A stretch of 60,771 nucleotides of DNA, filler included, from 5 parts of 5 records of this genome joined end to end with filler, not necessarily neighbours in it; one strand, 5' to 3'. Shown: positions 18,830-28,549, counted from the first letter of the whole stretch. Translations and numbers: made by a program. Notes: generated by a model not told the origin, from the letters alone.

Positions 18830-21367
18830 TTAAAGATTATATCTTATACCCACGCTATAAGTGGTCCCATATTCATCATATTGAGAAAGGCGGTCAGAAA
18901 ATCCCCAGTAATAAAATTCTGGTTCATCAGTTATATTAGATATTTCAAATTTAATGCTTAAATTATCTGTATATTTATATTTAATATTAAAATCTAGCTG
19001 CGCATGATCATCTGTATACCTTATATTCGAAACTGATAGGTCTTCTTGAACAGATGCTGAGCCACCCTCGTCAGCAAGGTAGTCTAAATAAGGGCTCCTT
19101 GAAACATAGGATAGTCTTGCGTCAATTTTATTCTTGTTATATCCAACAGAGAGATTTTTAGATGTTTCAGATAGCTTTCTAAACGGAAATGTTACATTTC
19201 CGTTATCTGTTTCTAGAGTGCTCTCACCATCAGTCAATGTAAGATTTGCAGATATGAAAAGTCCATCAAATGGTTCGGGTAGTAGTGTAAATTCATTGAA
19301 AAAACTAATCTCAAACCCTGAGACATCTGAATCTCCGGTATTAACAAAAGTTTCTAGCTCACTAAAGTTTATATTATTAAAAACTCCTGAAGTTACTAAT
19401 GGATAAATAGCATTTTCAATATCTTTTTTGAAGTAACCTATTGAGGCTGATCTAGTCTCACCATAATACTCTAAAGAGAGGTCATAATTATTAGATTCAT
19501 AAGGGTCTAAATCTGGATTACCCATCGAACCTTTGAATAGATTATCATCTTCTCTTTCAAATTCAGAAACTGTATTTGATTCACTAAAGCCTGGTCTTGC
19601 TAGAGACCTTGTAATTGCTGCTCTTACAATTAAATCATCTGAAACATAGTATTTAAAATTAAAACTTGGAGCAAAGAAACTATAATCTTTATCAGCATTT
19701 ACCTTAGCAAAATTATCTGCTGCGTTATAACCTACTGTTGAGAAAGAAGTATCTTCATATCTAACTCCTGCTGTAACAATTGCATTTTCATATTCTAGTG
19801 TCCCCATTACATAGAGCGCAAAGATATCTTCCTCAGTTGTATAATCTTTTTTTAGTTGGCCTCTAGTATAAGGCCCAAAAGATCCTTGAAGTGGATACAA
19901 TAAGCTAGCATCGGCCATTGGACCCATTGATTGGCCGGCAAACGGCCACTTGAAGGGAATCCTTGCACCGAAGTATGCTTGATCTTGTGGAATAGTTTCA
20001 TCATCCCATTCAAAATATTCATTATCTCTTTCTTTTTCTCTGGAGCTATATTTAAAACCAAATTTAACTTCTGTTGGCCTATCAAGAACAGTGAACCCAT
20101 CTTTTGTAAAGTCTATTTTGAAGGCAACTTCTGTATCTTGTATTAGATCATCTTCCTCTTCAAAAGCATCAATGCCAATACCTGTATCCCATAGAGACTG
20201 ACCTTCTGGAGTGAATAATATGCCTACTTTTTGCGGATTATTATAGAAAAAAGTTCCACATGGGTCACAGCTTAATTTCTCGCTTCTAAACTTAACATCT
20301 ACATTATCTGTATCATCCTGTTCTGCAAAAGAATGACTAAATTGAGCCTCTGTAAACCAACCACCAAGATCCGTTTCTAATCCCAGTATATATGTTTCGA
20401 TTTTTCTAACTTCAATTCTTTTTCTTGTTTCAGCATCTCTTCTAATTTGAGATATGTTTGCAGATGATTCATTTATTTCACTAAATTTTAGCTTTCCGTA
20501 CTCATCCTTATATCTAAGCTCATCATCGGTGTATTCATTTATAAGGACATTTGCATAGAGAACAGTATCGTCTCCCACTATCGCATCAAAATCGTAGGTT
20601 AGACCAAACCTTTCTCTTGTTAAGTCGTAATATCTCATTTCCCAATCATCGCCTAGTGTTTTATTGCCATCTTCAATTTCCCAGCCCGGAAAACCTGTTT
20701 CATTGTTGTATGAAACAATTTGTTTGCTGGCATAAGTAATTCCTAAAATATGACCCATTGTGTCATTTATCTTATTGCCATAAGTTAATGAAAATTTAGG
20801 ATTATCTGAATTTTTGGACTGTTCGTTATATGAAGTATCTAATTTAAACTTTATTAGTTTTTCTTTTAATGTTGATGCTCTTTTTGTATTAAATTCAATT
20901 CTTCCACCAATAGCATCAGCATCCATGTCAGGGGTAAGCGATTTGTAAACTTCAATTGAGTCTAGTAGTTCTGTTGGCAACCCATCTAACATAACCTTTC
21001 TTCCACCTTCCGGAGCAGGGATAAGGGCACCATTTACAGCTATAGAGTTTAAGTCGCCTGACATACCTCTTATACTTACATATCTACCCTCACCTTGATC
21101 GTTTTCAACAGAAATACCTGAAAGTCTTCTAATGGCTTCTGCAGCAGTAGTATCTGGGAAGTCGCCTAAAGCATCTGAATCAACAACAGAAACAATAGAG
21201 TTAGATTTCCTTTGTTTCTCAATGGCTGATATTAAACTAGCAAGCGTCCCTACAACAACAACTTCTTCAACTTCCTCATCACTTGTAGATGTTTGTGCAA
21301 AAACTGGGGCTACAGCAAAAGAGATTAAAAAGATCAGATTAAATAAATTTTTCATAATTTTTTCCAT
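18830..21367 (-). CDS. TonB-dependent receptor (phytase-linked type)
   Basis: Signal peptide; TonB box EEVVVVG; DQGEGRYVSIRG plug; GNPDLDPYES; C-terminal GIRYNL. Confidence 0.93.
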   Translation of the reverse strand: MEKIMKNLFNLIFLISFAVAPVFAQTSTSDEEVEEVVVVGTLASLISAIEKQRKSNSIVSVVDSDALGDFPDTTAAEAIRRLSGISVENDQGEGRYVSIRGMSGDLNSIAVNGALIPAPEGGRKVMLDGLPTELLDSIEVYKSLTPDMDADAIGGRIEFNTKRASTLKEKLIKFKLDTSYNEQSKNSDNPKFSLTYGNKINDTMGHILGITYASKQIVSYNNETGFPGWEIEDGNKTLGDDWEMRYYDLTRERFGLTYDFDAIVGDDTVLYANVLINEYTDDELRYKDEYGKLKFSEINESSANISQIRRDAETRKRIEVRKIETYILGLETDLGGWFTEAQFSHSFAEQDDTDNVDVKFRSEKLSCDPCGTFFYNNPQKVGILFTPEGQSLWDTGIGIDAFEEEDDLIQDTEVAFKIDFTKDGFTVLDRPTEVKFGFKYSSREKERDNEYFEWDDETIPQDQAYFGARIPFKWPFAGQSMGPMADASLLYPLQGSFGPYTRGQLKKDYTTEEDIFALYVMGTLEYENAIVTAGVRYEDTSFSTVGYNAADNFAKVNADKDYSFFAPSFNFKYYVSDDLIVRAAITRSLARPGFSESNTVSEFEREDDNLFKGSMGNPDLDPYESNNYDLSLEYYGETRSASIGYFKKDIENAIYPLVTSGVFNNINFSELETFVNTGDSDVSGFEISFFNEFTLLPEPFDGLFISANLTLTDGESTLETDNGNVTFPFRKLSETSKNLSVGYNKNKIDARLSYVSRSPYLDYLADEGGSASVQEDLSVSNIRYTDDHAQLDFNIKYKYTDNLSIKFEISNITDEPEFYYWGFSDRLSQYDEYGTTYSVGIRYNL

Positions 21368-21430
21368 AATTCATATGTTTGGACTATATATATTGCACAT
21401 GTCGAACTTGTAAAACTATTTAAACATTGT

Positions 21431-21448
21431 GTGACAATTGTGTTACAT
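21431..21448 (-). promoter_or_regulatory. Pho-box-like direct repeat upstream of the TBDR-phytase operon
   Basis: The minus strand reads ATGTAAC-ACAA-TTGTCAC, a 7-4-7 repeat with 11-bp period close to CTGTCAT-N4-CTGTCAY, oriented toward the TBDR. Confidence 0.6.
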
Positions 21449-21500
21449 GAATAGTTTATTAAAAGCATTTACATTTGTAGACAATTGTCGATAATAAATT

Positions 21501-22088
21501 ATGGTCATAAAAGCGAAACAAAAAAGAAGTCAACTAAGAATAAATTCTCTAATAAACTCCGGTTTTGAAATTTTAGAAAATGAAAATATTGATGAAATAA
21601 CAATAGCAAATCTAGCAAATTACTCAGGCCTAAAGAGAACATCAACATACAAATTTTTTCCTACAGCAGATTCTATCAAGGTTGCTATGATTGAAGTATG
21701 TATAGATGAGTGTGTGATGGATTTAGATACGAAAATTATTGATGAAGATATCAAAAATCTATCAAATCTTTTAAATATTTGTGTAAATATTCTTTACGAA
21801 TATTTTCATTCTAAAAAATATGCTCAAAAATTGATTTTGGAAACTACAGTATCGCCCCCTATTGACTCAAAATTAATAAATAAACTTGCTGAATCAATTG
21901 AATCGAAGATATCTTATAGAATTAATCTGGAAGAAGTTTTTAATAAGTCTGGAGTGTTTAGAGTAATTACACAAATTATTATTTCGATATTTTCATTAAA
22001 CACAAAAGAAAGTGGCTCTTTGAACGAAGTTGGAAAAATTGAAGCTCGTAGAGCTTCTGTTGCATATATATCAAGCTTTATTAAGTAA
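21501..22088 (+). CDS. TetR/AcrR family transcriptional regulator
   Basis: N-terminal KQKRS..R..., ITIANLANYSGLKRTSTYKFFP HTH; divergent from the TBDR. Confidence 0.85.
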   Translation: MVIKAKQKRSQLRINSLINSGFEILENENIDEITIANLANYSGLKRTSTYKFFPTADSIKVAMIEVCIDECVMDLDTKIIDEDIKNLSNLLNICVNILYEYFHSKKYAQKLILETTVSPPIDSKLINKLAESIESKISYRINLEEVFNKSGVFRVITQIIISIFSLNTKESGSLNEVGKIEARRASVAYISSFIK

Positions 22089-22091
22089 AAA

Positions 22092-23342
22092 CTATACTGA
22101 AAAAATAAATCTTAGAAAAATATAATACAGTATCGTAAATAAAGCTCCAGCAGGAATTGTTACTATCCAAGATAAAAAAATCTTTTTAATTGAATTGATA
22201 TCTAAAGCACCAACTCCATTTGCTAAACCAACGCCTATAACACCCCCAACTAGTGTGTGAGTTGTAGAAATAGGAAACCCAAGGTATGTTGCAGCAACTA
22301 CAGTCGTAGCAGTTGCCATATTCGCAGAAAATCCTAAACTTGGAGTTAATTTTGTTATTTTCTCTCCAACAGTTTTAATAACATTTTTACCAAGAATTGC
22401 TAGCCCAGTAACAATACCAACAGCTCCGAGAAGAAGCACCCATGAGCTTAATGAAGATGAAGACTCGATAACTCCATCAGAAGAGACAACACTTACAATT
22501 GCTGCCAATGGACCAATTGCATTTGCAACATCATTTGAACCATGTGCGAATGCCATAGCGCAAGCAGTAACAACCATTAAAATAGAAAATGCTGATTCAA
22601 CACCATTGCTTTTAATTTTAGAAGCATTTTTATTTAAAAATATTGCGGTAATAATAGAGACAAGTAGGCTTAAAATAATAGTGAATAGATAGATCTCATT
22701 ATCAGTCCAGTTAATGCCAACATGTTTTAGTCCTTTTCTTGCAGTAACTAATGAAATAACAACAGCTACAAAAAAACTATATATTGGTATTATTGATATT
22801 GAGGCTTGAATAGGATTAGTTCGTTCTAAAATTAATTTTCTAGCACTTAAATACAACAAGAAAGCAAAAACTCCTGAAATTATAGGAGATGTTATCCAAC
22901 TTGAAGCTATTTCAATAACAGTATCCCAAGACACATAAGATGCACCTTTTGAAATTAAAACGAAGCCCACAATCGCCCCAACTATCGAATGAGTTGTTGA
23001 TACAGGCCACCCATTTATTGAAGCTAAATATAACCAAGTACCGGCAGCTAGAAGCGATGAAAGCATACCAATAATAAAAATATTTACATTATCTGCATAT
23101 ATTTGCGGATCAACAATACCTTTTCTGATTGTTGAAGTAACTTCTCCACCAGCTAAATAAGCGCCTAAAAATTCAAATATAGCAGCAATGATAATTGCTT
23201 GCTTTAAAGTAATTGCTTTACTTCCAACAGATGTGCCCATAGCATTGGCTACATCATTAGCACCGATACCATAAGCCATAAAAAAACCTATTACAGATGC
23301 AATAATAAGAATGGCTAGAGGCGAAATAAATAGAACGTCCAT
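22092..23342 (-). CDS. pit: Inorganic phosphate transporter, PiT family
   Basis: GIGANDVANA, PVSTTHS, HGSNDVANA and PISTTH repeats. Confidence 0.95.
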   Translation of the reverse strand: MDVLFISPLAILIIASVIGFFMAYGIGANDVANAMGTSVGSKAITLKQAIIIAAIFEFLGAYLAGGEVTSTIRKGIVDPQIYADNVNIFIIGMLSSLLAAGTWLYLASINGWPVSTTHSIVGAIVGFVLISKGASYVSWDTVIEIASSWITSPIISGVFAFLLYLSARKLILERTNPIQASISIIPIYSFFVAVVISLVTARKGLKHVGINWTDNEIYLFTIILSLLVSIITAIFLNKNASKIKSNGVESAFSILMVVTACAMAFAHGSNDVANAIGPLAAIVSVVSSDGVIESSSSLSSWVLLLGAVGIVTGLAILGKNVIKTVGEKITKLTPSLGFSANMATATTVVAATYLGFPISTTHTLVGGVIGVGLANGVGALDINSIKKIFLSWIVTIPAGALFTILYYIFLRFIFSV

Positions 23343-23442
23343 TTAAGTTATAAGTCTAATTACTATTAGTTAATAAGCCCGATAATGTTATCATTTGTGA
23401 TGATTTATTTATATAAATTTATAACTTAAATTCCTAAAAAAA

Positions 23443-24282
23443 ATGTCTTTAATAAATCTTGATCAAACACAATATAAACAACTGAGCTCTAAGGCATACT
23501 CTCTTGAAAAAAGACGACTACAAATTGAATTGCTTAAACTGCAAGAAGATGTAATTAAAAATAATAGAAAGCTATGTATTATTTTTGAAGGTAGGGATAC
23601 TGCTGGAAAAAGTTCAGCAATAAAATTCTTTCATGAATATTTAATTCCAAAAAATTTTAAATATGTTCAATTAGGAATTCCATCAAAATGGGAATCATCT
23701 CATTGGTTTCAAAGATGGCAAAAAGTTATTCCGGAGAATGGTGAGATAGCTTTTTTAGATCGCTCCTGGTACACAAGGGCCATCACTGAACCTGTTATGG
23801 GATATTGCTCTGAAAAACAATATAGAAACTTTATGAAAAGAGTTAATGGGTGGGAGGATGATCTCATGAGCTCCGGAATTGAACTTACTAAATTTTATTT
23901 TTCTTTATCGCGTGATCAGCAAAAAAAAAGGATGAATGCAAGAGAGCACTCCGAATTAAATTATTGGAAACTATCAGATAATGATAGAAAAATTGTTACT
24001 AAATGGGATGTTTTTACAGCTTATAAAGAACAGATGTTTTCTAAAACATCAAACAAAAATTCTCCCTGGATAGCTATAAATTCTAATAATAAGATGATTG
24101 CTCGTCTTACAGCATTGAGATTCCTCCTTGATAAAACAAGCTATGAAAATAAAAAACTTTTGAAACCATTAAAATGGTCAAAGAAGATTTCTAGATACTC
24201 AGCCTCAATAGAGGGTGTTTTGTTTGAAAATTTATCATATGAGCAGTATATGATTATTACAAAATATAGCGACGATACTTGA
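23443..24282 (+). CDS. ppk2: Polyphosphate kinase 2
   Basis: FEGRDTAGKS Walker A, DRSWY Walker B, WKLS..D and SPW motifs. Confidence 0.93.
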   Translation: MSLINLDQTQYKQLSSKAYSLEKRRLQIELLKLQEDVIKNNRKLCIIFEGRDTAGKSSAIKFFHEYLIPKNFKYVQLGIPSKWESSHWFQRWQKVIPENGEIAFLDRSWYTRAITEPVMGYCSEKQYRNFMKRVNGWEDDLMSSGIELTKFYFSLSRDQQKKRMNAREHSELNYWKLSDNDRKIVTKWDVFTAYKEQMFSKTSNKNSPWIAINSNNKMIARLTALRFLLDKTSYENKKLLKPLKWSKKISRYSASIEGVLFENLSYEQYMIITKYSDDT

Positions 24283-24283
24283 A

Positions 24284-25141
24284 ATGAAGATAGCATCCAT
24301 TGATATAGGAACAAATTCAATAAAGTCTAAGATATTTGATACAACGCCAACTTCAATAACTTTTTTAGAAGGAATAAGGACACCTATTAGGCTTGGAACA
24401 AAAGTATTTAATACAGGAGAGCTTTCTGAAAAAAAGGTTATTGAGCTAATTAAAGTGCTAAAAAAATATCAACATTATTTTCTAAAAAATAACATTGAAA
24501 TGTATGAAATTATTGCTACAAGTGCTTTTAGAGACTCAGTTAATTCTGAAGAAGCTAGAAGAACAGTTGAGAATGCAATAGAGCATCCTATAAATATTAT
24601 TTCAGGTCTTCAAGAAGCTCAATTAATTAGATTGCATCCAAAAGCTCAAGATAAAAAAAACAAAGTTTTTGTCGATATTGGTGGTGGAAGCACAGAAATT
24701 TATATATATAAAAATGGAAAAACTAGCATCCAATCTTTTCAACTAGGTGGGGTCAGAAATTTACTAAAAATGGATTCTCAAAGTGAATGGAAAAGAATGG
24801 AGAATTGGTTAAAAAAGCAGGAAAATTGCGACACCCTTGTTGGTTTAGGCGGTAATATCAAATCATTTATGCAAATTTCTAAAAAGAAAAAAATTAGTAA
24901 AAAGGAATTTAGAAAGCAAAAGATTGTATTAAAGAAGCAAACAACTTCAGAGAAGATTAAATTTTATAATTTAGGCTCAGATAGAGCCGATGTCATTGAT
25001 TATGCTTTAGATATTTTTGAAAAAATAATTGATTGTTTGGATGTTGCATTAATCAAATCAACTAAATGGGGAGTTTCAGACTCAACTTCTGTAAAATTAT
25101 TTCATGAGCTTTATTCAAAAAAAATATCTATAGAAAGATAA
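24284..25141 (+). CDS. ppx: Exopolyphosphatase, short Ppx/GppA-family form
   Basis: IDIGTNS, ATSAFRD, ISG.QEA, DIGGGSTE and DRADVI motifs; no C-terminal HD-like domain; 1 bp after ppk2. Confidence 0.85.
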   Translation: MKIASIDIGTNSIKSKIFDTTPTSITFLEGIRTPIRLGTKVFNTGELSEKKVIELIKVLKKYQHYFLKNNIEMYEIIATSAFRDSVNSEEARRTVENAIEHPINIISGLQEAQLIRLHPKAQDKKNKVFVDIGGGSTEIYIYKNGKTSIQSFQLGGVRNLLKMDSQSEWKRMENWLKKQENCDTLVGLGGNIKSFMQISKKKKISKKEFRKQKIVLKKQTTSEKIKFYNLGSDRADVIDYALDIFEKIIDCLDVALIKSTKWGVSDSTSVKLFHELYSKKISIER

Positions 25142-25142
25142 C

Positions 25143-25586
25143 TTAGAAACTTGTTTTAAAGCTGTATCCTTTATCATTCTCTTGAATTGATAAATTTGAA
25201 ACATTTTTTTCTAAAAGATTGGAGATTCCAGAAACCTGATCAACTCCATCCTCTAATTTAAATACATCGAATACAACTATAATCGAGCCATCAATAAATG
25301 ATGTTTTGAGGTTGTAATAATTATTACTAGGTAGGTTTAATGACAAGAATTTATTTATCTCAGTCTCATCGTTGAGTTCTGTTATTTTCTTTTTAGAAAC
25401 AGATTCAACTTTTTGTTTGACATACTCATAATCAGATTTTGCTTTAATAAAATTAAATTTAGTTTGATTATATTCTGTTATAAATGAATTGATTGAAATC
25501 ACTAATAACGTAAGAGCTATCAGGCCTATGGTAACAAAGACTAGTTTTTTTTCCCTTTTATTTAAATTTAAAGAAAGCTTATTCAT
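25143..25586 (-). CDS. gspM: Type II secretion protein M-like
   Basis: LNKREKKLV followed by a single TM helix; position after gspL. Confidence 0.55.
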   Translation of the reverse strand: MNKLSLNLNKREKKLVFVTIGLIALTLLVISINSFITEYNQTKFNFIKAKSDYEYVKQKVESVSKKKITELNDETEINKFLSLNLPSNNYYNLKTSFIDGSIIVVFDVFKLEDGVDQVSGISNLLEKNVSNLSIQENDKGYSFKTSF

Positions 25587-26715
25587 TTTTAAAGTTAATA
25601 GTTATAGTTCCAGTGGCACCGTCACCAGATTCAATGATATTTTGATCAATAATTTTTACACCAAAGCTTTCTCCCATTGATAGAACTAATGACATCTGCA
25701 TTGAAGGCATTTTTTCTATATCAATAAGAGCAGTTGAAGATTCAAAATCTATATCAATTTTTTTTACAAACTTACCTCCAAGCCGATAAATAAAATCAAT
25801 ATTGGGAAGTTCTTGTTTATTATTAGTTGAAACAGTACCTCCAATTAGGGCGTCAATTTGTGATCGTGGATTTATTACTCTTGTTATTTTTGTTGATAAA
25901 GATGAAAAAATTCCAGAAGTGGCATCTTTATAAATCTGAGTATTTCTATTCATATTATCAATGATTAAGTTTGGTAAAACCATTATTGCTATTAAGGATA
26001 GTGAAAGAAATCCTAATTGGATCTTAGTAAAATCCAATTTATTTAAAATACTTGATAGGGAATACTTAAAACTAAAGAGATTGGTGTGTTGTTGATGTGT
26101 ATTAAGAAGGCTTAGGTGATATGAACCAATGTCTTTATAGGTAACTTTACCAAATATATCATCATCTTCAGACTCAAAAGAAATTAAAGAAGGTTTGTAA
26201 TCTTTATTGCTCTTTTTGATAATCTCAAAGTATTCTTTTGCATATGATTTTTCTATAGATGTACCTGTTCTATCATGATGGGAAAAAATAACAGAGTCAC
26301 CATGAATAACTATTGAGTCTTCTTCATTAATAAACAATGAGTAGTCTGGATAAATATAAATCCTTGATTTAACTAAGCTTAAGGTTGCATTTAGATAATT
26401 TATTAAGTTTTTTTTAATTACAAAACCATTATTTTTTGAGGTTTTAACAAAAATTTCAGAAATATCTTCAACGATATTATCTTCAATGCTAGATATAAAT
26501 ACTGCATCAGAGTTCTTGTCTTCATTGCTTTGATTTGGATACGACGAAATAGTTGAAGATGGTATTAAAAATAATAATTTAGACTCTTCTTTTATTTCAT
26601 CATGTATTTCTGATAATTGAATATTTTTTTTGTAAATTAAATTGTTATCAGCATACTTGTATAAAACAATATCTGTAATAGAGTTAGTTGAGCTTTGTGC
26701 AATAAAATTTATCAT
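25579..26715 (-). CDS. gspL: Type II secretion protein L-like
   Basis: Cytoplasmic domain (IYPDY), TM near residue 235, RVINPRSQ periplasmic motif; position after gspK. Confidence 0.65.
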   Translation of the reverse strand: MINFIAQSSTNSITDIVLYKYADNNLIYKKNIQLSEIHDEIKEESKLLFLIPSSTISSYPNQSNEDKNSDAVFISSIEDNIVEDISEIFVKTSKNNGFVIKKNLINYLNATLSLVKSRIYIYPDYSLFINEEDSIVIHGDSVIFSHHDRTGTSIEKSYAKEYFEIIKKSNKDYKPSLISFESEDDDIFGKVTYKDIGSYHLSLLNTHQQHTNLFSFKYSLSSILNKLDFTKIQLGFLSLSLIAIMVLPNLIIDNMNRNTQIYKDATSGIFSSLSTKITRVINPRSQIDALIGGTVSTNNKQELPNIDFIYRLGGKFVKKIDIDFESSTALIDIEKMPSMQMSLVLSMGESFGVKIIDQNIIESGDGATGTITINFKNE

Positions 26716-27677
26716 TAAATGCCATTATAGTTTCTTGATAAAATATAGCTATTATTATTATTTTTAAAATAAATAATACTTGATGAAGAGGCCTCAAATG
26801 ACTCAACCTTTGAAGTTGTTTCTAAAATAAAGATGTTGGATTTGAAGTCAATGCCTACCAAAGCTTCTCCAAATGAAATATCTTGATAATTAATATAAAT
26901 TTCATTTATGTTTTTAAAACCAGAGTCCGGCATTGTTTCCAAAACATAGTTTGCATCATCAAGTGAGAGATCTTTAAATAATCCACTTAATAAAATTCCA
27001 TCTTTTTTGGACAACATATTTAAATTAATTTTAAAATTATTTATAGGGTATGCACATAAATGTTTTGAGAGGTTTGCCCAAGCCTCTCCCCTGAAGGATG
27101 GAATATTTTTTAGCTCATCCTTTGAATGAAACATTCTATTGTCTGTAAACTGTTGATTTGTATTTGATGGTCCTGTGTAGAAATAATCCTCTAGACCAGA
27201 GCTCCTTGGCTTATTATCAGCATCAATCCAGTCTATTATTTGGTCAATCATTTGAACTGCATCTCTTTGATCAACCTCTAAATGAGCCATAATTTTTTTA
27301 AATACCTCTATGTGTTTAAGGTCTGGGATGTAGGTATCCTCATTTTTTTTTACTAAATTATTTACATTGAAACATGTTGAGGCATCAAAAATTTCAGAAA
27401 AAATGTATCCCCTCTCATCTTCTAAGAAAATATTATTTACAAACATTGAATTATTTTTTGAAATTATTTCAGAGAATGAGATTTCTTGCCTAATCTTTTT
27501 CTTACCTAAAAACTCCATTCCTTTAAAAAGGTTTAATGAATTTGATTGAAACTCAAGATATGATGCTCTTTTAATAGAAATGAAATAATTATTTCCAATT
27601 ATTACCGCAATCGAAGAAAGCAAAAGGACTATCAGAAGAACTGACATAAGGACTACACCCCTATCCTTGGTATGCAT
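26715..27677 (-). CDS. gspK: Type II secretion minor pseudopilin K
   Basis: KDRG|VVLMSVLL prepilin site; CFNVNNL, IIDWIDAD and KINLN motifs. Start set at ATG 27677. Confidence 0.88.
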   Translation of the reverse strand: MHTKDRGVVLMSVLLIVLLLSSIAVIIGNNYFISIKRASYLEFQSNSLNLFKGMEFLGKKKIRQEISFSEIISKNNSMFVNNIFLEDERGYIFSEIFDASTCFNVNNLVKKNEDTYIPDLKHIEVFKKIMAHLEVDQRDAVQMIDQIIDWIDADNKPRSSGLEDYFYTGPSNTNQQFTDNRMFHSKDELKNIPSFRGEAWANLSKHLCAYPINNFKINLNMLSKKDGILLSGLFKDLSLDDANYVLETMPDSGFKNINEIYINYQDISFGEALVGIDFKSNIFILETTSKVESFEASSSSIIYFKNNNNSYILSRNYNGI

Positions 27678-28254
27678 AATCAATATTAGGGTCAATCAAC
27701 CAAAAAAAATCTTTTTCGCCAATAGAAAAATCTATTCTTATAAGCGTAGGTATTTTTTTTGAAGTAATTTCATCTAATGGCCATTTGTCATGCCATCTAC
27801 GTTCATACATAAAAGAGAAATCAAGATTGACTAAGCCTTTAATTAGCTCAGATCTAGAATGGTCATCTTGATTATAAGGACTTGATGAAAAGTATTGTTT
27901 GCGAACTAACGAATTATTATCAAGCAAGTATTCAACTCTATTAATATTTGATGATGATAAGGAAAGGTTTTTGATAGAAGTATTAAAGATTATAGAGTTC
28001 GATATTTGATCATAATAAAAAGTTCCAGGAAGCATATCACCATAAAAATCTCTAGAAGGTACATTTACTGTTTGCCTTATATCTCTTCTGATAATGCTCG
28101 AGGTAAGGCTGAGTTCTTTTATTTCATTAAGTTTATTTGTAGATATTTCTTCTGATTCAAGCGCTGATGTTAGAATTTGTGAGCAAATTAAGCCTATTAA
28201 ACTAAGTATAACTAGAGATACAAGAACCTCTATCAATGTAAAACCTTTATTCAT
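27661..28254 (-). CDS. gspJ: Type II secretion minor pseudopilin J
   Basis: MNKG|FTLIEVLV methylation motif; RRDIRQ, RVEY.L and W...WP..P motifs. Start set at ATG 28254. Confidence 0.88.
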   Translation of the reverse strand: MNKGFTLIEVLVSLVILSLIGLICSQILTSALESEEISTNKLNEIKELSLTSSIIRRDIRQTVNVPSRDFYGDMLPGTFYYDQISNSIIFNTSIKNLSLSSSNINRVEYLLDNNSLVRKQYFSSSPYNQDDHSRSELIKGLVNLDFSFMYERRWHDKWPLDEITSKKIPTLIRIDFSIGEKDFFWLIDPNIDYAYQG

Positions 28255-28549
28255 TGATAATATAACCCTTTGTTTTATATATAGCATTTTTAGCGCCATC
28301 TCTCTTAACAATTATCTCGTATTCAAAAAACTCATTTGATGAATTTTTTTCAATGACCTCCTCCCATCGCCAAACTTTATTACCCATCTTCATTATTCCT
28401 GTTCTTCTGGTTGCGTTATTTGGTTTTTGCATTGTATTTATTAAAGCAACCCTATTATTGGTAACCTCTTTAGCTAAATACCTATCTTCTAAGTACATAA
28501 TAGAAGTAGTGTTAGAGATAATTACTTGATATATAGCAAGAATAGAAAT
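28247..28549 (-). CDS. gspI: Type II secretion minor pseudopilin I, 5'-truncated
   Basis: Frame open to the contig end (ISILAIYQV...YLEDRYLA...MGNKVWRW); immediately upstream of gspJ. Confidence 0.75.
   Translation of the reverse strand: MSILAIYQVIISNTTSIMYLEDRYLAKEVTNNRVALINTMQKPNNATRRTGIMKMGNKVWRWEEVIEKNSSNEFFEYEIIVKRDGAKNAIYKTKGYIINE

Noticed and set aside
9600-25141. Apparent link between the membrane pyrophosphatase and the polyP/phosphate genes
   Set aside because: They are separated by an artificial spacer and come from different organisms.
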